64,000 nucleotides of DNA, from assembly GCF_022539665.2 (NCBI RefSeq), contig NC_081333.1, positions 10,540,001 to 10,604,000 on the forward strand, given 5' to 3'. The translations under genes and the position numbers were made by a program. Below the pieces are notes generated by a model. That model made no database searches and had not been told where the DNA came from. It worked only from the letters and a program-made list of their open reading frames with translations. Source of the stretch: Daphnia carinata. Taxonomy: Eukaryota. Of the stretch, positions 13,243 to 26,877 are shown in pieces (position 1 is the stretch's first letter; the number at the start of each line of letters is the position of its first letter).

Positions 13243-16200
13243 CTATTGAGTGTGATCGCTTCTGAAAAACGACTGCATCGTCATTTGCTTCTTGGAGACG
13301 GTTCCGGTCTCCTTTGATTTCGTTTTCCGCTTCAACGAAGTCGACGAGCTGCTACTACCGTCCGCGTTCTGGGTGAAGGAGCGGAAGACTTTTTTCATAG
13401 CGGTAGAGATGGCGGCTTCAGCAATCTGACGGGCGCTCAGCCACCTGAAGCCCTGGTAGTGGTCGGGTAAGGACAAGTCGGCGTCATCGGCTCCTTCACA
13501 CGCGCTGACCGCAATATGGTATACACCATAGGTCTGGCTTATGTGGGAAAATTGGTGATAAACATCTGCCACGTAGTGCAAGCGTTCGATGGCCCGGCTG
13601 CCCAGCAATCCTTTCGATTGGTCTAGAGCATTCGTCAGTTCGCTGCTCTCCGCGTCCGAGTCATCGTTCGGCTGGGAGGGAAAACTTGGAAACTCCCACA
13701 AGTTGGCGAGTAAACCTGACAGTACCGAAATAAAAACAACGATTTGTTCCACTCGAGTCACGTTACTAAACTACGGCACAGCTATGCCTGTCTCACCGTT
13801 GACTGGCCGTTGCCATAGTAAATACTCATTACTCTCCGATTCGTTTGTTGGACGCTCAACAATCAAGACGATATTACGGGCTATTTTGGCAGCAGTCTTT
13901 TTGGCTTTTCGGGGATAATTTGTTACTCCATCTCTAAAACACAATAAAAATTAGTTGTCGTATTCATTCTGTGCAAGACTGCACAAGCAGTTACAACTAA
14001 ACACGAAAAAAAAAATATAATAATAATAAATAAATTGGATTTCATTACGTTTCAATCCAAGGCTGGTCAATTGGCAGGCACAATGAACAATCGGGAACTG
14101 AAATAGTAAGTTCAGAATTATGACTTTAAAATTTCGTTTCTGTGAATTTGATAAACGCTGTTACCGTCTTCGATATCTGCAGAGAAACCGGCGCTGGGAT
14201 GCCTTGCCTTCCTATTGGCTCGACATAATGAACTGATTGGGCAGGATTGGCAATCAGGAGATTTTGGAGTGCACACTGTCGCACCCAATTCCATTATCGC
14301 TTGATTAAAATCTCCTGGTCTTTCCGGATCAACCAACTCATTTACTAATTTCCATATAACGTCCACCACACTCTGAAATTATTGAAATATGTTCTTCATA
14401 GATTTAAAAATTGAGTTCTTCCATTTTAAATGTTTGGAAATACATCATAAAATTACTTTAAAATGAAGACTCGCTATTGTTTTTTGTTTGTTTGGTTTTT
14501 TGTTTTGTTTTAGAGGAGCTGAAAAAATGGTACATACCTTTTTACTCGTGTCTGCACCGATTGCACACAACCTAATGCACGATAAATCAAACAATATGTA
14601 ATTCACAAAAGTGCTTTGTAAATAGTAATATTAATTAGAAGTACAGAAACAGAAAACGTATAATTACCTAGTAATTACTCTAATCACATTCCCGTCAACA
14701 AGGCCCACTGGTTCATTGAAAGCAATTGACCTTCGGTAAACTTAAAGTATTTTAACAATTTATCCAAAATTTCACAATATATATATATACTGACCCAATG
14801 GCCGCAGCCGTATACGGTCCAACTCCTGGTAACCGCTTCTGCAACTGTTCCGCTTTTTGAGGCATCGTACCATCCATTTCGAAAACAACCTATAGATAAC
14901 AATGACAGACATACCAATATTGTAATATATAGAATATACAATTAGTTATATGTAGACAATCATGTCATGTCCCATATTCATCACCAATAGTTCCGCAAAA
15001 ATATCACCCACTTTACGTGCTGCTTCATATAGACGTCTTCCTCTAGAGTAGTAACCTAATCCTGACCAAAGAGTGTTCACTTCCTCCAAAGTTGCTTGAG
15101 ATAGAGATGTAAAATCTGGCCACTTTTCTATCCATTTGGAGTAGTAAGATTTGACTGTGGCTACTTGTGTTTGCTGCAGCATGATTTCTGAGACTAAGAC
15201 TAGGAGCAAAAAAGTAAACATTAGACAGTAAATAAAAGTTCAAATTAGTAGTCTTTAAAAACAATTTCAAACTAACAAATATTAGAAAAATCCCCTGAAA
15301 CTAAGAAACAATAAATGACACTAGTTGAACTAAGCAAAATGGGCGACAGTACGTAAGGTTAGGGATAACGGGTGCTTTGCAAAATAATATTGATTAAATA
15401 GCATAAGAACAAAGATTCGAACTCGTGACATCTGCGTGGTAGCCGCAGCGTGGTAGCCGCAACTACGCCATAGCGCCATATTTCAATCACTTACTACATA
15501 TATAAGCTACCTATATGAATGAGAGACACCGAAAGTAAAATTTGGATGGGATGTGCGGTCCTGGCACCGCGGTTATCACCCACGCTTTGTATTCTGTCGG
15601 TCTCGGGTTCAAATCCCGCCACCTCCAATTTCCAAGCCCTCCATACTCTCCTCCCACCACCCTCTCCTCTACCCCACCATTTCATCGCATCGCAAGATTC
15701 TTCATCTCATCGGACTACGCAAGATTCTTCATTTCATCGAATTAAACAAGATTCTTCATCTCAAGAAATAAGAAAAATGAAGTTTCTTTCAAGAAAGAAA
15801 AAAGAAGAGCCATGCCTACTATATAGGGGCTAAAAATAACACACACATACACATACATAACACACGACACGTATACAGACGTTTTATATCGATCTGTAGT
15901 ACCGTTCACTACATGTTGAAGATTGACCCACAAACTTAGGTAGAGAAAAGGTGATCGTATTTCGTAGGTTGTTCGTAAGCCTCCCCATGGCCACTAGGTT
16001 CATGGATGCAGGCAGCTAATTATTGAGCTATGTGACCCTCTTCGATGCCAATAAGTTTTTGTTGGTCTTAGTCTATAAGGGGGTAGGGAGTACAGTAGTG
16101 TGGCTAGCAGGTTAGTATGATAATTATACAAGATGAACTGCAGATACAATTATTATCTCATGTTAGTCTTTTTACATCTTGGACTAAGCAATTGCCAAAA

Positions 16201-16506
16201 TTTAAATGGAAAAGTGAATGAAATTATGTCACAATGAAACAAAACTTAAATATATTATTGAAAAATTGCAACATAAAACAGAATACCTGAATAGCCTCTT
16301 ATATTTGGATCGCTATGCTTAGCTAAATCTCGCCACTGAAGGTTTCGTTTGTTACCATCATACCAATCGATAAGATTTTTCCTCAGACTTCGTATTTCAT
16401 CTTTCGATGCCAAGCAATGATGATGACTATCTCCCACCTTGAAATTTGTTGTTTCCACAATTTCAGTTTGTGCACTGGATTTCCCTTTCGAACGCAAACG
16501 TTTCAT
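13243..16506 (-). CDS. MUTYH: Adenine DNA glycosylase MutY homolog (multi-exon)
   Basis: Spliced exons give [39 protein letters not shown], HhH motif [37 protein letters not shown], 4Fe-4S motif [33 protein letters not shown] and a C-terminal PIP box QMTMQSFF. Confidence 0.96.
15412..15477 (-). other. Degenerate tRNA-like/SINE-head element in MUTYH intron 1
   Basis: The minus strand shows an A-box-like TGGCGTAGTTG and a B-box GAGTTCGAATC, with an internal 14-bp tandem duplication (15434-15461). Confidence 0.45.
15553..15627 (+). other. Degenerate tRNA-like/SINE-head element in MUTYH intron 1
   Basis: A-box-like TGGCACCGCGG, T-arm CGGG-TTCAAAT-CCCG, ends ...CCA; acceptor and anticodon stems do not pair well. 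Confidence 0.55.
15693..15763. repeat. 27-bp tandem repeat, about 2.6 copies (CAAGATTCTTCATYTCA...)
   Basis: Units start at 15693, 15720 and 15747. Confidence 0.85.
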
Positions 16507-16938
16507 TCTTGGTTGCTAACAACTAAGCACGTTTTCCTAATTTATTGTTCTGAAACTGAATGAACTTATAGAACCATTTATTGTTTTGAAACTGAATGAG
16601 TTACAGAACAGACGACAGAACATTTCGCGCAATCTTTCAAAACAATTCAGAACGTAGGTATTAAACGTCGAGAAATTTTATTTGAATCCAGGTGGTAATA
16701 CTTATATTTTAAATAATGACAGATGCAAATATTTTATCGTGGTGTTTTATTGTCATGTAAAAAATATGGTATGGAATCTATAATAGTTTCGTTGAAAAAC
16801 AGCTATCGTTGTGCGGAAGCGATACATTTATTTTCATCGTCTGCACACCAAGTCTATTTATTTACATAAAACACGTCGCCACATGTTCATTGAGAATTGA
16901 AAGGCCATTAACAGCTTGAAAGGGATTTTTATCTCAAA
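16507..16938. promoter_or_regulatory. Putative bidirectional promoter between MUTYH and IGHMBP2
   Basis: Divergent start codons 432 bp apart. A 36-bp tandem duplication (16540-16609) carries TCATTC/TCAGTT Initiator-like motifs on the minus strand. Confidence 0.65.
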
Positions 16939-19900
16939 ATGCAGTTCAAAAACATCGACGATTTTGTAATTCAGCAACTTGAGTTACTTAATCTTGAAAG
17001 GGATGCAGAAATAGCTGAAAGTAGAAAATTCCAAGAAACTTTTTCTGCCAAACAGCTCCAAGAAAAAGGAGTATGCATCTTAAATTTAGTTGTTCAAGGT
17101 TTGCGATCCGGTTTGTATGGTAGAACTATCGTAACGTTTGGCAGTAAAATGGCTGGTAAAGAATTACCATCATCTAACATGAGTTCTGGTAATATTTCCA
17201 TCCTAATTTACTTTAGTTGGCCAGTTTTTACTTTCACTTTTTTAAACAGGGGATATTGTTGGGATATTTTCCAATTCAAGCGCTTCACAACTAGAAAAAG
17301 ATCAAATTTGTTCTGGCATTGTCAGTTGTGTTAAGTCAGGCACAATTGAAATTGCTCTTGATGGTGAATGTGAAAACATTGACTTAAATGACAATGAATG
17401 CTACAAATTGTTGCAGCTAGCAAATAATGTGACCTATAAAAGGCTTAAAATGTATAGTCTTTAATTTAAAATTAGTTAATGTGGTATGGCAATTTATATA
17501 AATGTTCTCGTTGACAGGGGATTGAATAGCTTGAAAAATTACCAAGGCCCTGCTGCAACTCTTATGAATACCTTGTTTGGTGAACAGGAGTTCTCATCAG
17601 CAAATGTCTCTTTACCACCGGCCCTCTTAGGTTACAACAATGATCTTGTCTGGTTCAATAAGAACCTGGACCGTTCGCAGAAGAAGGCGGTTGAATTTGC
17701 GCTGAAACAACGAGAACTTGCAGTTGTGCACGGCCCTCCAGGGACAGGTCAGTAATTTCGTTAAATTTAACCTGTTATCAGTTTGCCTAACCCTTCTCAA
17801 TCTTCAAATATCGATGTAGGCAAAACTACTACCGTAGTAGAAATTATCCTTCAGACAGTAAAAGCAGGAAACCGAGTTCTTGCCTGTGCTCCGTCTAATG
17901 TAGCAGTCGATAACATATTGGAAAAACTCGTATCAAATTCAACCGTGAAAGCTATACGTTTGGGACATCCAACTCGGATGCAAGAAGCCGTCCAAAATAG
18001 ATCTCTAGATGCTGTTCTTTCTAATAGTGAAGCCCGTTCTATCGTAAACGACGTTCGCCGAGATCTCGATGCTCAACTTAAACAAATGACCAAAACCAAA
18101 AAGTAATGATAATCTACCCGTTCGATACGTCCTGCTAAAATTCGTATTACGTTGAACGCATCCAGGCGAGGACCTATTTTTAACGAGATTAAGAATCTGC
18201 GGAAAGAACTCCGCGAACGCGAGACAAAAGCAGTCAAGGAAGTCCTCTCACATGCAAATGTCATTCTGACGACGCTTACTAGTGCTACGCAAGATGGACC
18301 TTTAAAGCATTTGTTACCGGACCATTTCGATTACGTTGTGATCGATGAATGTTCGCAGGTTGGTCTCGAAAAATATAAATTTTTATCCGTATTTGCAACA
18401 TGTGTTATTTATAGCCTTTCAAAATTTTAGGCCACGGAATCGGCATGTTGGTTAGCATTAACCCGAGCGCCGAGAGCCTTATTAGCTGGTGACCACTTTC
18501 AACTGCCACCGACTATCATATCTCCGGAAGCTGCACGCAGAGGACTCGGACTTACACTCATGGAACGCATCATTCAACGTAAAGTGGACGGCAAATCCTG
18601 CGTTCGCATGCTGACGACTCAATACCGCATGCACAGTGATATCATGCAGTGGGCGTCGGACCAACTTTATCACGGCAAACTGGAGGCACATCCATCAGTA
18701 GCGAGTCACTTACTTATGGAACTACCTGGCGTCGGAGACAACGATGACACAAGTACGTAAAATTCATGTTTATTCGAACCGTACTCTAGAGCGCTATGCG
18801 AACATTGGTGTTTATAATGCGTTACATGAGAAAGTCTATTGCCTGAAAATGGCTAAGCTTACTGCTAAAGCCATGAATAAGATAGTAAAGTGAGACGAAA
18901 GAGTTGAAACTCCAGCGCTTTGAGCTTCAGGTTTAGGAACGTCACAAACAGATGCGTATGGCCCTATGCAGGCGGCGTGCCCCACGACATGAGCAACGTA
19001 AGTCTGATCGTGTACTCCGTGAAACAAGTGCGACATCGGACCTAGTATTTTGGGAATTATAAAAATTTTACCGAACATTGCAATTCCGATAGTAGATTTA
19101 TACCAGTCGCATAAACAGCCACATCCTCGCCTCCGTGGTAGGCGTCATCGGCTGGAGTTTGTGCTAGTTGCCTGTAAGTTTTATTGTGTACATCTAAAGT
19201 GCTAGCATCTAGCCACGGCTTGTGGGGATCTGTAGTCCCGTTGTTCACGTTATTCCAGAACCCTGGACCCGATGAGTACGACAGCGTCGTGTAATTGTAG
19301 CCATAGTCGCCCACACCACCTATACCTAAAGCCATAACAAAATACCCAAAATCAAACGAAAATTTTATTACCGATCCGCTGGTTAAAATAACCTAAAATC
19401 TTAATTCAGATCATACCGGTTATCTTGTTTCCTCTCACTGGGTAACCGTTAATATTGAAAGTATGCGAATGATCGGCAGTGACCAATATGAGTGTGTCTT
19501 TGCTATCTGTCAGCCGTTGGGCGATGGCTACAGCCTTGTGCATAGCCACGGTCTCCTCGAGTGCCAGTAAGGCATTATTTTTGTGGTGAGCGTGATCGAT
19601 TCGGCCACCTTCCACTAGCAGAAAAAAACCATTGCTACTTTTCTTCTGTAAGAAACGAATAGCGTTTTCTGTCATTTCTTCGATGCCGGGGGCCAACGTG
19701 CCAACTTTGGGATCTTCGACTCTGTCGAGCTCGTAGGGGATGTGATTCATCGAAAACAAACCTAAATCAAGGGTTAGTTTTTTATTCAAAATTTTTTTCA
19801 AAAATAGTAATACGAATGATATCGAAACAATTTACCGAGAATAAACTCTGCATCGTCGAAATTGGCATTTAGTAAAGCGTCGCGGTTTTCCAAAAAGAGA

Positions 19901-21535
19901 TACGACTTGTCACGTTTCTTTTTGTCTACTTTCCACGCTTCAATCAAATCCATATTGTCGCCCCTTTTACAAGGCCACTTTGCTGTGCCGTTATCGTTTG
20001 CGGCTTCAAAAATCTGTCGCCCACCGCCAAGGATTATCTGTAAAGCAAAGAAAGAAAGAATCAGTTTGATTCAAGATTTCAATCTTTTAAAGCAACCTTG
20101 ATGTTTCGACCAGGTTCGTCTTCGACTAGCTGTCGAGCAATGTCTTTGCATTCGTGTCGATTTGCCAACGGTATTTGCGAATCGCACTCCCAGTCACGAT
20201 TAGCAGTGTGGGCGTACAGACCCGCTGGGGTGGCATGTGTAACTCTCGTTGTCGTTACAAAACCTGTCAGAGGAAAAAGACAAATAGCCAGTCAGAGTGA
20301 GATCAAGTTCTTTCTTAACAAAGAGTTTACCAGTGGCCTTCCCCGCATCTTGGGCCCATTTCAGGACGCTATCAACGTTCGGTTTCGTGCCGAGATCAGA
20401 CCGACATACGTTGTAGGGGGCTGAGACGTCCAACCCGAGAGTACCATAACGACCTTTCACTCCAGTCAAATAGGACTAGAGCGTGTGTTAGAAAATATTT
20501 CATTGCAATTTTTAGTAATAGATGAAAATCGTATTTGCCGAATTTACCGTTGCCGAGCCTGCGGAATCCGCCACTTGTTTATCTACGTTGTATGTCTATT
20601 GATGTCAGCAATATTTAAAAATAGAAATTTAATTTTACATTTTAAATCTCTTAACGGAAAAAGAGTAGTGAATCAAAACAACCACACAGGACGTTGACAA
20701 AGTTTACGTCTTTCATTGGCATATTTTGATCAACCGTTTGAATGGGCGTCCACATTGAACTGCTTTTACTTTACCTTGAGAAGGCCTAAATTAGGGAATT
20801 TTTCAAAAGATAAGTAATTCTCCTCGCCAAGCTCTCCGAGCTTTTGTCCGGCATGTATACGAGCGGCCGTCACTGTCGAAACTCCCATTCCGTCACCCAA
20901 GAAAAAGATGACGTTTTTGGCGGTGTTGAGATTCAGTTGGCGATTCAGGGCACGAAGTAACTCCTCTTTACCCTGGGCATGCCAAAAGGTTTTGTCTGCA
21001 TTCGAAATGCGAAGATTAACATCAGTTTAAAACAAATCAGCTGGTCGATTCAAAAGTTAAACGTTTTAGTTTCAAGGGCTTTAATTTAACCCATAGCCAT
21101 AAGGTAGTCTACTTTTTTACGTTGGTAACTTGCGAATGCGTAGATGAGTAACAGGAAAGAACCATTTAAAGCATAGGCGACGAGACACGCCCAAAAGGGA
21201 TTTCCGCTCTAATTGTGTCAAGCCTGTCCGTACTAAACGAGAAAGTTATTTACCTTCATTTAGGATCTGCGGTGGTTCGCTGTCAGTTGTCGAGGGTTCG
21301 CTAGGTGCCACAATACCGAGTCCATTTAAAAGGAATAAAATGGGAAATATAATTCCCTTCATCTTATAGCGTTCGCCCACTTACGAAATCAATGCCAATG
21401 TTCTGAAAAAATTTTGAAATAGTTAGAGAAAAATAGAATCAAAATTTTCAACTGGACCGTCCTAGAATTGATATAAGGAACATCCGCATATACGGTCATT
21501 TACATTTTCGTAACCCATTGTGCTTCCTTTATACG

Positions 21536-21567
<32 letters not shown>

Positions 21568-24500
21568 TGGCTCTATGTTTAATGCCGTAACACTAACCAG
21601 GTGAATAGAAAGGAGGGCACTGAGTTACTTTGAAACAAAAAAATAATCAATTCCGCTGTGGCATTCCAAAAGTTTGAAATTTGAGCTTCCATTTGTCGAA
21701 AGTTTAAATTGCAATAGCGATTTCTTTTTAACGTTGGTATTGCCATTACCGACATTGCCCTTTAGCATTCGATCTGCCGTTAAAAACAGTTTTGGTTGAT
21801 GGTTTTGTTCGACACTGTCTGTAATTTACTAGTTGTAGCCGCTTCTACACTATGCATTGAAAGGAAAGCGTAGCTACGGAAATTTAATTACATTTCTAAA
21901 TGGATGTCAATTATTTTTAGACGCCGTAAATATTTGAAGGCTATCACCATGTCCGTTTGTGTTTAACTTAATTGTAACAATGCTCTTACCTTCGTTTAAC
22001 TGCCCAGCGATGAGCAGCAGCGGATAGTTTTCCGTTGTTTGAATAGTAAGCGTTCGACAGTGACTGAGTTAGCCACAGGTTTTGACCGAATGTTTTACAC
22101 ACCAGGGCGTTCTTTTGTGCGCTGTGAACATAGGGACTCCATCTTGCCCTTTCTCACGTTTTTTTAATAGTAGCCTTTGGCCCAGCTTCGTACTAGTATG
22201 TATGGTATGCCAATTGATTGTTATTGACGTTTTATTTCTTCCATTTTACTGTTAGAGACTTCCCCACATTAGAAACCTCAGCTCGAAATCCGTTTTTAAG
22301 TAAATTAAGTACACTATTGTAATTAATAGCATCCTTTTCCTGGGAGAAAGACGGTTAAAACAAACAAAAACCCGGCCGTTTGACTTTGTACATAAAATCG
22401 GTCATAAAAGAAGTGCGCACGCCCGCAAAGCATCTACTACCCTTACATTTGGTTTTGAATCGAATGACAGTGATTTAATTTGTCACCTTCCACGAGAATT
22501 CGTAGTTCTCGATGAACGTTAACTAGACTAAGAAGGAAAGAAAGCATTTAAAAACAGTTGTTTCCACTTTTCAAGTGAGAAAGGAGAAACCAGTTTTCTT
22601 CTGGCTTTCGCTTTAGGCAGAAACGGAACACGACTCTGACATTTCCCCCACATGTTTCTCTAAAAAGGCGTAGCTGGTCACTGTTGAAAACATTGCTGGT
22701 CGAGCTTAAGAATGGGAAAAGGGAATGACAACATGATAGTTTCGAGGCGATCTTAGCAAAAAATAGTTACTGTAGGTCGAAAACACGTTTTTCATACTAA
22801 GGATTAGAAAAAAAAAACTAGGTCAACATCGTGTTCTTAACTATAGATAATAATCTAAATTGAGTCTAGTACATTGAACAATGATGAATCTATTGCTTTT
22901 GAAGTTTCTTAATAATTTTTAACATTATTAAAAAACAATTTTATCTTCTCATGCTTTTAAAGGAATACCGCTTTTACTACTTGACACCGCGGGATGTGAT
23001 TTCCATGAATCAGCTACATCAGAAGAAGGATCCAAAGCCAACAGTGGTGAGGCGGCTCTCGTTTTCTTGCACGTGCAGCGACTGGTTGAATCGGGATTAC
23101 CAGCTCGAGATATCGCTATCGTTACTCCTTACAACCTCCAGGTTTGAATAGCACCATATACAAGCAGTGTATCGTTTTCATCGATTGCGAAAATTCATGT
23201 CTAAACTTCTTAATGGAATACTCACTATGCGCTTTTTATCTAGGTTGAACTGCTGAGACAAATGTTAAGCGGAAAGTATCCGCAACTCGAAATCCGCAGT
23301 GTGGATGGCTTCCAAGGCCGGTATCTATATATTCTTAAACAAACTTAAATAAAACCTGAACATTCGTACTTATATGTCTTTTTCTTGCAGGGAAAAAGAA
23401 GCAATTATTTTGTCCTTAGTGCGATCTAACTCGACCGGCCAAGTCGGATTTGTGGCCGATGTTCGTCGACTGAACGTGGCATGTACTCGCGCCCGTCGGC
23501 ATCTCTGTTTAGTTACTGATTCGAGCACAACAAGTCGCGCTACTAGTGGCTTGGTTGAGTACTTGGAGCAACATGGAGAGGTCCGTTCTGCCCATCAATA
23601 CTTACAGGAGATGGATAATGTTGTTGTTCCCGAAATCGGCAACCGTATAACTGGAGAGGCGGCAAAACCACGCAAAGTCGTCACTCCTTCTACGAACACG
23701 ATAGATAGCAACCAGTCAAAACAAGAAAAAGAAGAGATAGCCGCTAAAGTCAAGGCCATGTTGACCGAATGGGCGGCCAGTGCCGAATGTGGCGCCTCTT
23801 GTATCAAAGAATTCCCGTCGACATTGACGGCCTATGAACGATTAATAGTTCACCAGTGGGCCGAAGAGCACGGTTATCAGCATAGAAGCGTGGGAGAGAA
23901 TCATAAACGCCGCATTCAAATTTATAAATCTGCTGTAACTATACCACAACAAGCATGCAAAGAAATCCAACCGCCCGAAAACGAACAATCTCACGCTATC
24001 TCTTTTGACGCGTCCATATCTGTTAAGAATGATGCTGACGAAGTCTTGCCAAAGTTAGCCGAGAAAATGGAATTAAAAGAGAGTAGTTCGTCATCGTCAA
24101 AGAAGAAAAAGAATAAAAAGCAAAAGTTAGCTTCGGGATCAGAGAAGCAAAAAGTACCAACTACGGATAAGCATTTTGTTCCAGCCACTTTAGCTGTCAG
24201 CGAGTGCGATGACAATAACGTCAAATGCGATGACTGCCAAAAACAAGTTCCAAAACAGAATCTAGCTCTTCATAGATTACGTTGCACCGGGGCAGGTCCT
24301 ACAGAGCAAGCAGTGAGACCAAAACCGAAACCATCGATCAAACCTTTACCATCAATGATTCCCCCTGATGGAACCAAAGACTTAAATAGAAACGGAAAAG
24401 AAAAAGATATTGATGATGTCTTATCTGAATTCCGGAAATTAGACAATATTTGTAATTACTCCACCTGTAAAACGGGTATATCACTGATGGGTCAATTGTG

Positions 24501-24750
24501 CTTATTCTGTCAACGACGCTTTTGTCTTTCGCACCATCTTCCCGAAATCCATGGATGTGGTGATGCTATTCGACGCCAGGCACGTAGCGTCACACTCAAA
24601 CAAGGCTTTGTTGCACCTGGGTCGTTACCTGTTAAACCGAAAGTCATAGATACCGCCAAGCGTGCTCATCTTCAACGTAAACTGGAGAAAAAATTAGAAG
24701 ATATGTCCACTCAACGAGCTGGCAAGAAAGAAGAAAAGAAGAAGAAATAA
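16939..24750 (+). CDS. IGHMBP2: DNA-binding protein SMUBP-2, UPF1-like SF1 helicase with R3H and AN1 zinc finger (multi-exon)
   Basis: GLYGRT, HGPPGTG|KTTT (Walker A), [50 protein letters not shown]3H ([13 protein letters not shown]) and AN1 finger ([20 protein letters not shown]). Large intron 18753-22962. Confidence 0.96.
18836..21362 (-). CDS. Alkaline phosphatase with signal peptide and GPI-anchor-like tail, nested antisense in an IGHMBP2 intron
   Basis: [18 protein letters not shown] signal peptide, [13 protein letters not shown], catalytic [63 protein letters not shown] and a hydrophobic C-terminus. The introns checked are GT-AG. Confidence 0.95.
21990..22067 (-). promoter_or_regulatory. 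Putative non-coding first exon and Initiator of the nested alkaline phosphatase
   Basis: Minus-strand TCAGT Initiator at 22063-22067, donor AAG|GTAAGA at 21990/21989 and acceptor ttttttcag near 21403, upstream of the ATG. Confidence 0.5.
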
Positions 24751-25211
24751 AAAGTCACGTGCTGAATATTTTGATGGGGCAAAAATCCATTAATACGTGC
24801 TTTTTTGTATTCCATCCCAATTGATTAAACGGTTTTGTAAATTCAAACATAGATGTTCGCACTCGCACTTTATTGGTGTTAATCCATTAGTTTTTTTTTT
24901 TTCTGTGTATTCTTGTTTCTTTGGGATTGAGCAAGCAAGAGAAATAATCGCCGCTAGATGTCGAAATTAATTGACGTCTCGCCTAAAGGCAAATGACTGC
25001 GTGTCGTCTTCTGCTAGTAAATTATCAGTTTGTACGTATTCTCCGATCTTTCAAATTTACTTGATTTTACTTGGCACCACGTTACGGTAGCGCCGACTAA
25101 AAAGAGGTATAATTTTTATTCAGATGGGTTATCGTTTTCAGGAACATGATTGTCAAATGTCCTTACAAATTTTTAGTCTAATGAACTCGCTGTACACAGC
25201 TAAACTTTGAG

Positions 25212-26877
25212 ATGGCCTTGAATTTGGGCGATATCGACGCCTGTATTCAAGATTTAATTGATTTAACCGAAGATTACAAAGAGCTTGAAGTAATGCTGAT
25301 TTTCTGCACATCTTATGGAATATAATAAGACAATTTTTTGTACTATTTAGGCAACTCACAAAGACTACACAGTACAATTGGAACAACTGTCAGAACTACA
25401 AACAAAATGTGTGAAAAATTTGAGCCATCAAAGATACCGATTAGGGATTATCAAGTCAACATTAAAAAAGTATTAAACATTAGTAATTGCAGCTAAAAAT
25501 TCATTATAGTGACTAGAGATAACTGTTTAGGCTTAAACCAAAGGATGACTCAGAGAAAGAAAAATTTCAACTTCTGAACAAGGATTTAATGAGGAGACAA
25601 GCTCAACTAAATGAGATGGAAGAATCTTTACCTAAAAAGAGTGGGACATACCTTAAAATCATACTAGGTTCAGTCAATGTGTCATTTCTCAACAAACAGG
25701 AAAGGTTTGTGTAATTTCCCTAAATTTATCACACATCTGTGTCAATCCATTATTTTTTGCAGGTTCAAGTACAAGGATGACTATGAAAAGTTCAAACTTG
25801 CTCTAAGTGCTATAGCAATGGGACTATCTGTAACAAACCTTCTTGCCAATTTAAGGTAGGCCCAATGTTCTATGTCAAATAATATTGAATGCTCATTGCC
25901 ATTCACAAATTTCCAGGATCTTGGATTTGGCCTTTGTTTTCCTAATGGTGTGGTATTACTGCACTCTGACAATCCGCGAATCAATCTTACGAGTAAATGG
26001 CTCCAGAATCAAAGGGTGGTGGAGAGCGCATCATTTCATTTCGACGGCACTGTCTGCTGTTTTACTCACATGGCCTGACTCCGCTACGTATCATCTGTTT
26101 CGTCACCAGCTGATGTGGTTCTACGTCTACATAAGTACGTAATTATATTTAGTCCTATTATGTAGCGACGCTCATTTGATATGCATGTGATATAATTGTA
26201 TTATTTCATTGGCTTAGGTTTTGTTCAGTACCTTCAGTTCAGATACCAGCAAGGCTGTCTGTATCGTCTCAAAGCTTTGGGCGAGCGACACGATATGGAT
26301 ATTACCATTGAAGGGTTCCATTCTTGGATGTGGCGAGGACTTAGTTTTTTACTACCTTTTCTCTACCTGGGATATTTCTATCAATTGTACAATGCTTGGG
26401 CCTTGTATCAACTTATTTCTCATCCGAATAGTGAGTGGCAGGTACAAAAAAAAATTTTATAACTTCAAATCAGGGAGCATTTTTTTCACTTTGCTTATCC
26501 TTCTCAGATTCCAGTCCTTTCCTTCCTTTTCCTGATACTTTTTCTGGGGAATATTTTGACAACATCTATGGTAATTCCGCAGAAACTAAGAGACAAAGTT
26601 CGTCTTAAATACCGTTTCACACGTCTCGACAAGTATTTTTCCACTTATACCAAGGGTGGTAGACGATTTACGTTATCTGGTAAGGAATTAGCTTTTATGT
26701 TTGTTCCCGCTGCCCTCATATTACTTTTTGGAAACAGATCGTTCGCGATCGAATGAAGGCCGTGATTCCGTTATCCAAGGGGAGCATGCAGCAAAAACTG
26801 ATTCGGAAAAAATTAAAGAAAATCATGGTTCACCTAGAGACATAAGTCATAATTTTGAGAATGAAAAAGACCAATGA
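25212..26877 (+). CDS. TMEM120: Transmembrane protein 120 (TMPIT family), multi-exon
   Basis: N-terminal coiled coil (DYKELE|ATHKDY), [93 protein letters not shown]. Confidence 0.95.

Noticed and set aside
15553..15627. Functional tRNA gene
   Set aside because: The T-arm and B-box are good, but the acceptor and anticodon stems do not pair; treated as a tRNA-derived relic.
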